Assembly (NCBI GenBank): GCA_043228905.1
Contig: JBHGNT010000008.1
Span: 5,456,001 to 5,520,000, forward strand
Reading direction: 5' to 3'
Length of the DNA: 64,000 nucleotides
Source: Azolla caroliniana
Lineage: Eukaryota > Plantae > Polypodiophyta
Positions 61,117-64,000 of this stretch are shown here, one piece after another. The notes under the pieces were generated by a model. The model was not told the DNA's origin, did no database searches, and saw only the letters and a list, made by a program, of their open reading frames with translations. The translations under genes and the position numbers were made by a program. How positions within the stretch are numbered: the first letter of the stretch is position 1; the number at the start of each line of letters is the position of its first letter.

Positions 61117-62777
61117 TCAATAGCAAGGATTATAATGAGTATCTTTCAAGAACGATTTGCAAAGTTGCTTGAAAATTTTGTGATCGGCTCTTCCTTGCTT
61201 GAAGGACAACACTCCTTGTTCAAGAGTTTTTGCCTGCAAATGTTTTAAGAATGCAAAAATGGAAAGAGTAATGATGAGAAGTTCATCCAATGCAATAGTA
61301 AAAATGGATCTTTACTTAAATTAGGCAATGTGAATGTACATAGTACTAAATACTCAAAATTAATAGGGGTACGTACAAACCGGCACAAGATATTTGAGGC
61401 AAGAGTTAAATAGCTCCAACGCAATATCTTCTGTGAATTCAGGATGCCCTTGAATTCCAAGAATTTCGTCTCTCACTGCATAAATCTCAGTTTGTGTGGT
61501 TGTTGATGATGCTAAAACTTGTCCACCATGTGGAATTTCAAAAACCTAGATGTTTGAAAATGTTGATGAAATTTTTAGTATGAATATACAAAACATGATT
61601 TGCTTTTAACACAAGAAATCTTAGCCATTTCCCACATTGTGGATTAGCACCAACTGTGTATGCTATATGCGATATAACTAGCTAGATGTCTACAATGTAC
61701 ATACCTCATCTTGATGTATCTTAATTATATTCAATGAGGAGGGCAATTGGTGACCATATGGTTTTGAGTACATGGCATTTGTAATTGTAATCTTCTTCAA
61801 ACCACACTGCCATCCATTCAATGCTCGACCAGTCTTTCCACCGAGAGCTCGACTTATCACCTGTTATTGATTGAAATGTAGTGGTTATTATTATGATAGT
61901 AAATGATAAATATGATTGTAGTAATAATTCATATTACTCGTGAGAAACCTAAATGGATTAAAAAAATCCACGAAAGAATGTTACTATCAAAAGTCACGTG
62001 GACAAATGGTACCATCAAAGAAAAATATGAAATTGGGCTAATGGAAGGTTTTAACAATGCTAGACAATCATACACTGGTGATAACTTCAGACATCATACT
62101 CTAGAGAGAATGTCAAACAATCCTATATGAGAGATAATGATAGTGATTGTTTACAAGAGCATGAGTTGTTCATTTAATCTCGGTTGATTGAGAACTACAT
62201 GATTGCATCTAAATGAAGGCTTCAAGCACATGAGATCTTTATAACTTATGGTTATATGTAATACCAAATGGAAGACTACAGAAAGCGAGACAATCGACAT
62301 TCCTCAAAATCCAATCTTCAGTATTGAATAAGTCTTTAATGTTGACTTCATGTCCAAAGCAAAGATGTAATTACTAATATATATATAGCATTTTACTTGA
62401 TGTCCAAAGCAAATGCCCAATAGCTTTTTCTTCTTGGTGTGATGGATATTCCAAAGGAGCTGACAAAGCCTAAGTACCCATGGTTCATTACCATGAGCAT
62501 CATGCCGACTTCCAGTGATGATGAAGGCATCATAGTGGTCTAGATCTTGATCGCATGGGAATTCATTGTCAACAACATGATAGGTATCCCAAATCTCCCC
62601 AGGATCGCTCAACATTCTTATGAAAAGGCTAGCTACCCCATTATATTGTTTTCTTACATACTCAGAAGCATGGCCACCAAGGAGAATAGCGAATCGATGG
62701 TTATTTAAGGAGGATTTCTCACAATGGCAAGGAGGCAATATGTTGGTGTTGCTTAAAGGGTTAGATTCTATAGCCAT
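61117..62777 (-). CDS. Class I glutamine amidotransferase-like, gamma-glutamyl peptidase (GGP) family, 4 exons: 62777-62397, 61860-61705, 61545-61381, 61233-61117; 272 aa
   Basis: IITGSRHDAH; LGICFGHQ nucleophile; IQGHPEF His-Glu; phase-0 GT-AG introns. Confidence 0.94.
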
Positions 62778-64000
62778 ATCACCACACTATTCTTATTTGT
62801 AAGTGAGGAAATATGTTTTTTGTTGGGAAGATTGAAATTCTGTTTTTTGTTGGCAAGAGTACACCTTGAAGCTCATTAAAATGAAGGTTGGGAGGATTGA
62901 AATTATGTTGCGAAGAGGGGAGGGAAGAGGGCTCTTTGATAATGTGGGAGGAAATATGCTTGCCAACTTATGAAAGATTGTCCCAAGAAGAAAACAAATA
63001 ACATATTATATTTAACCACATCCTTTTCTTTGATATTTGTTTATCATGACAAATGGCCCACTTAGAATTTCCACATTACAACAATAATATATGTTGTTCT
63101 CTTCAATTGCAAAGACATTGTAAAGTTGCCTTACACCAAATTTAACTAACTTCGAAGAGAAAAAGGCTTAGAAGTTGCTTTGTGATGTATTCTCTCCTTG
63201 GCATTAAAACCAAACCAATTACTCTTTTATCATTTTCTTTTGCGAACCCTTTAGTACATTTAGGTATTTAAAAATCGTTTGGGAAGTGAGAGATTGCCAT
63301 CAATAGGAGGGTTACACACACTTGCATTCCTTTTCATGCGACTTGGTAAGCCTTTTATTAGTACATTTATATCTTTACACTATATGAGTCAAGTTTATTA
63401 TAAAGGAACATGTTGATACTAATTTATAACTTATGATTTTTCCTATAAATATATATCAAAAGATTCACTTGACTTTGTTGTCACGAGAATTTGAAAATGA
63501 TAGTGTTATAGCACGTTTGCGAGGAATGCGCCTCCTCAATAGTTACATGATGTCATTGTTGCAATACTAAATAAAGGGTCAAGAAACGAATCATAAATGT
63601 CATAGATATTGGAAGAGCCACAATATGATTTTTCATAAATATATATAGCAGCTAGATTTATTGACCACAGAGGAATCTCACCAAAGCATGCAAAGAGATC
63701 TCTTCAAATATCTAAGGGTTAAGCTAAAAAGATTGCATAATTGATGTATATTCTAGTATTCCCGTGTGAAACCATTTTTAATTGTTTATAAAATCAAAAT
63801 TGTGCATTTTCTCAATTCATTGTCATGTGGTTAAAGAAAAATGATCGCGGAAAGTGTATATATGAACATTTTTTGCTGCTTACATTTGCTTTGTATCTTC
63901 CTCATCAAATAAGCCTTGGTATCACTAGAAAAGTTGATTGATATGGTGTACAACTCTAGTTTCTCTTTTAACAGAAATTCTTGAGGTTATTGTGAAGAAA

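Overview
Eukaryotic land-plant nuclear DNA: spliceosomal genes, TTTAGGG telo-boxes, and a TE complement suggesting a non-seed plant (inference). 1-25.9 kb is a deep nest of LTR retrotransposons. An old chromovirus integrase remnant (F) borders a decayed Athila-like Gypsy (E). The protease of E received two related Ty1/copia elements 32 bp apart: C (decayed) and D (intact). C carries an atypical Gypsy (A, 98-13626), and the integrase of A carries a very young Tcn1/Tf1-like chromovirus (B, 1830-7615). 26-64 kb holds LINE remnants, hAT and Mutator MITEs, a decayed short-LTR Gypsy (G), two VNTR arrays and genes for a universal stress protein, organellar ribosomal protein bL17, an F-box protein, a GGP-like class I glutamine amidotransferase and a tentative unknown protein. 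The most unusual unit is element A. Both LTRs contain a tRNA-like Pol III cassette (A-box, B-box, T-run) antisense to the element. It also has a tRNA-Trp PBS offset by 8 nt, a 4-bp TSD, an FLDD reverse transcriptase and a pseudoknot-type -1 frameshift placed after the protease. B shows a tRNA-independent self-priming signature. All calls were made by eye; no database searches were run.
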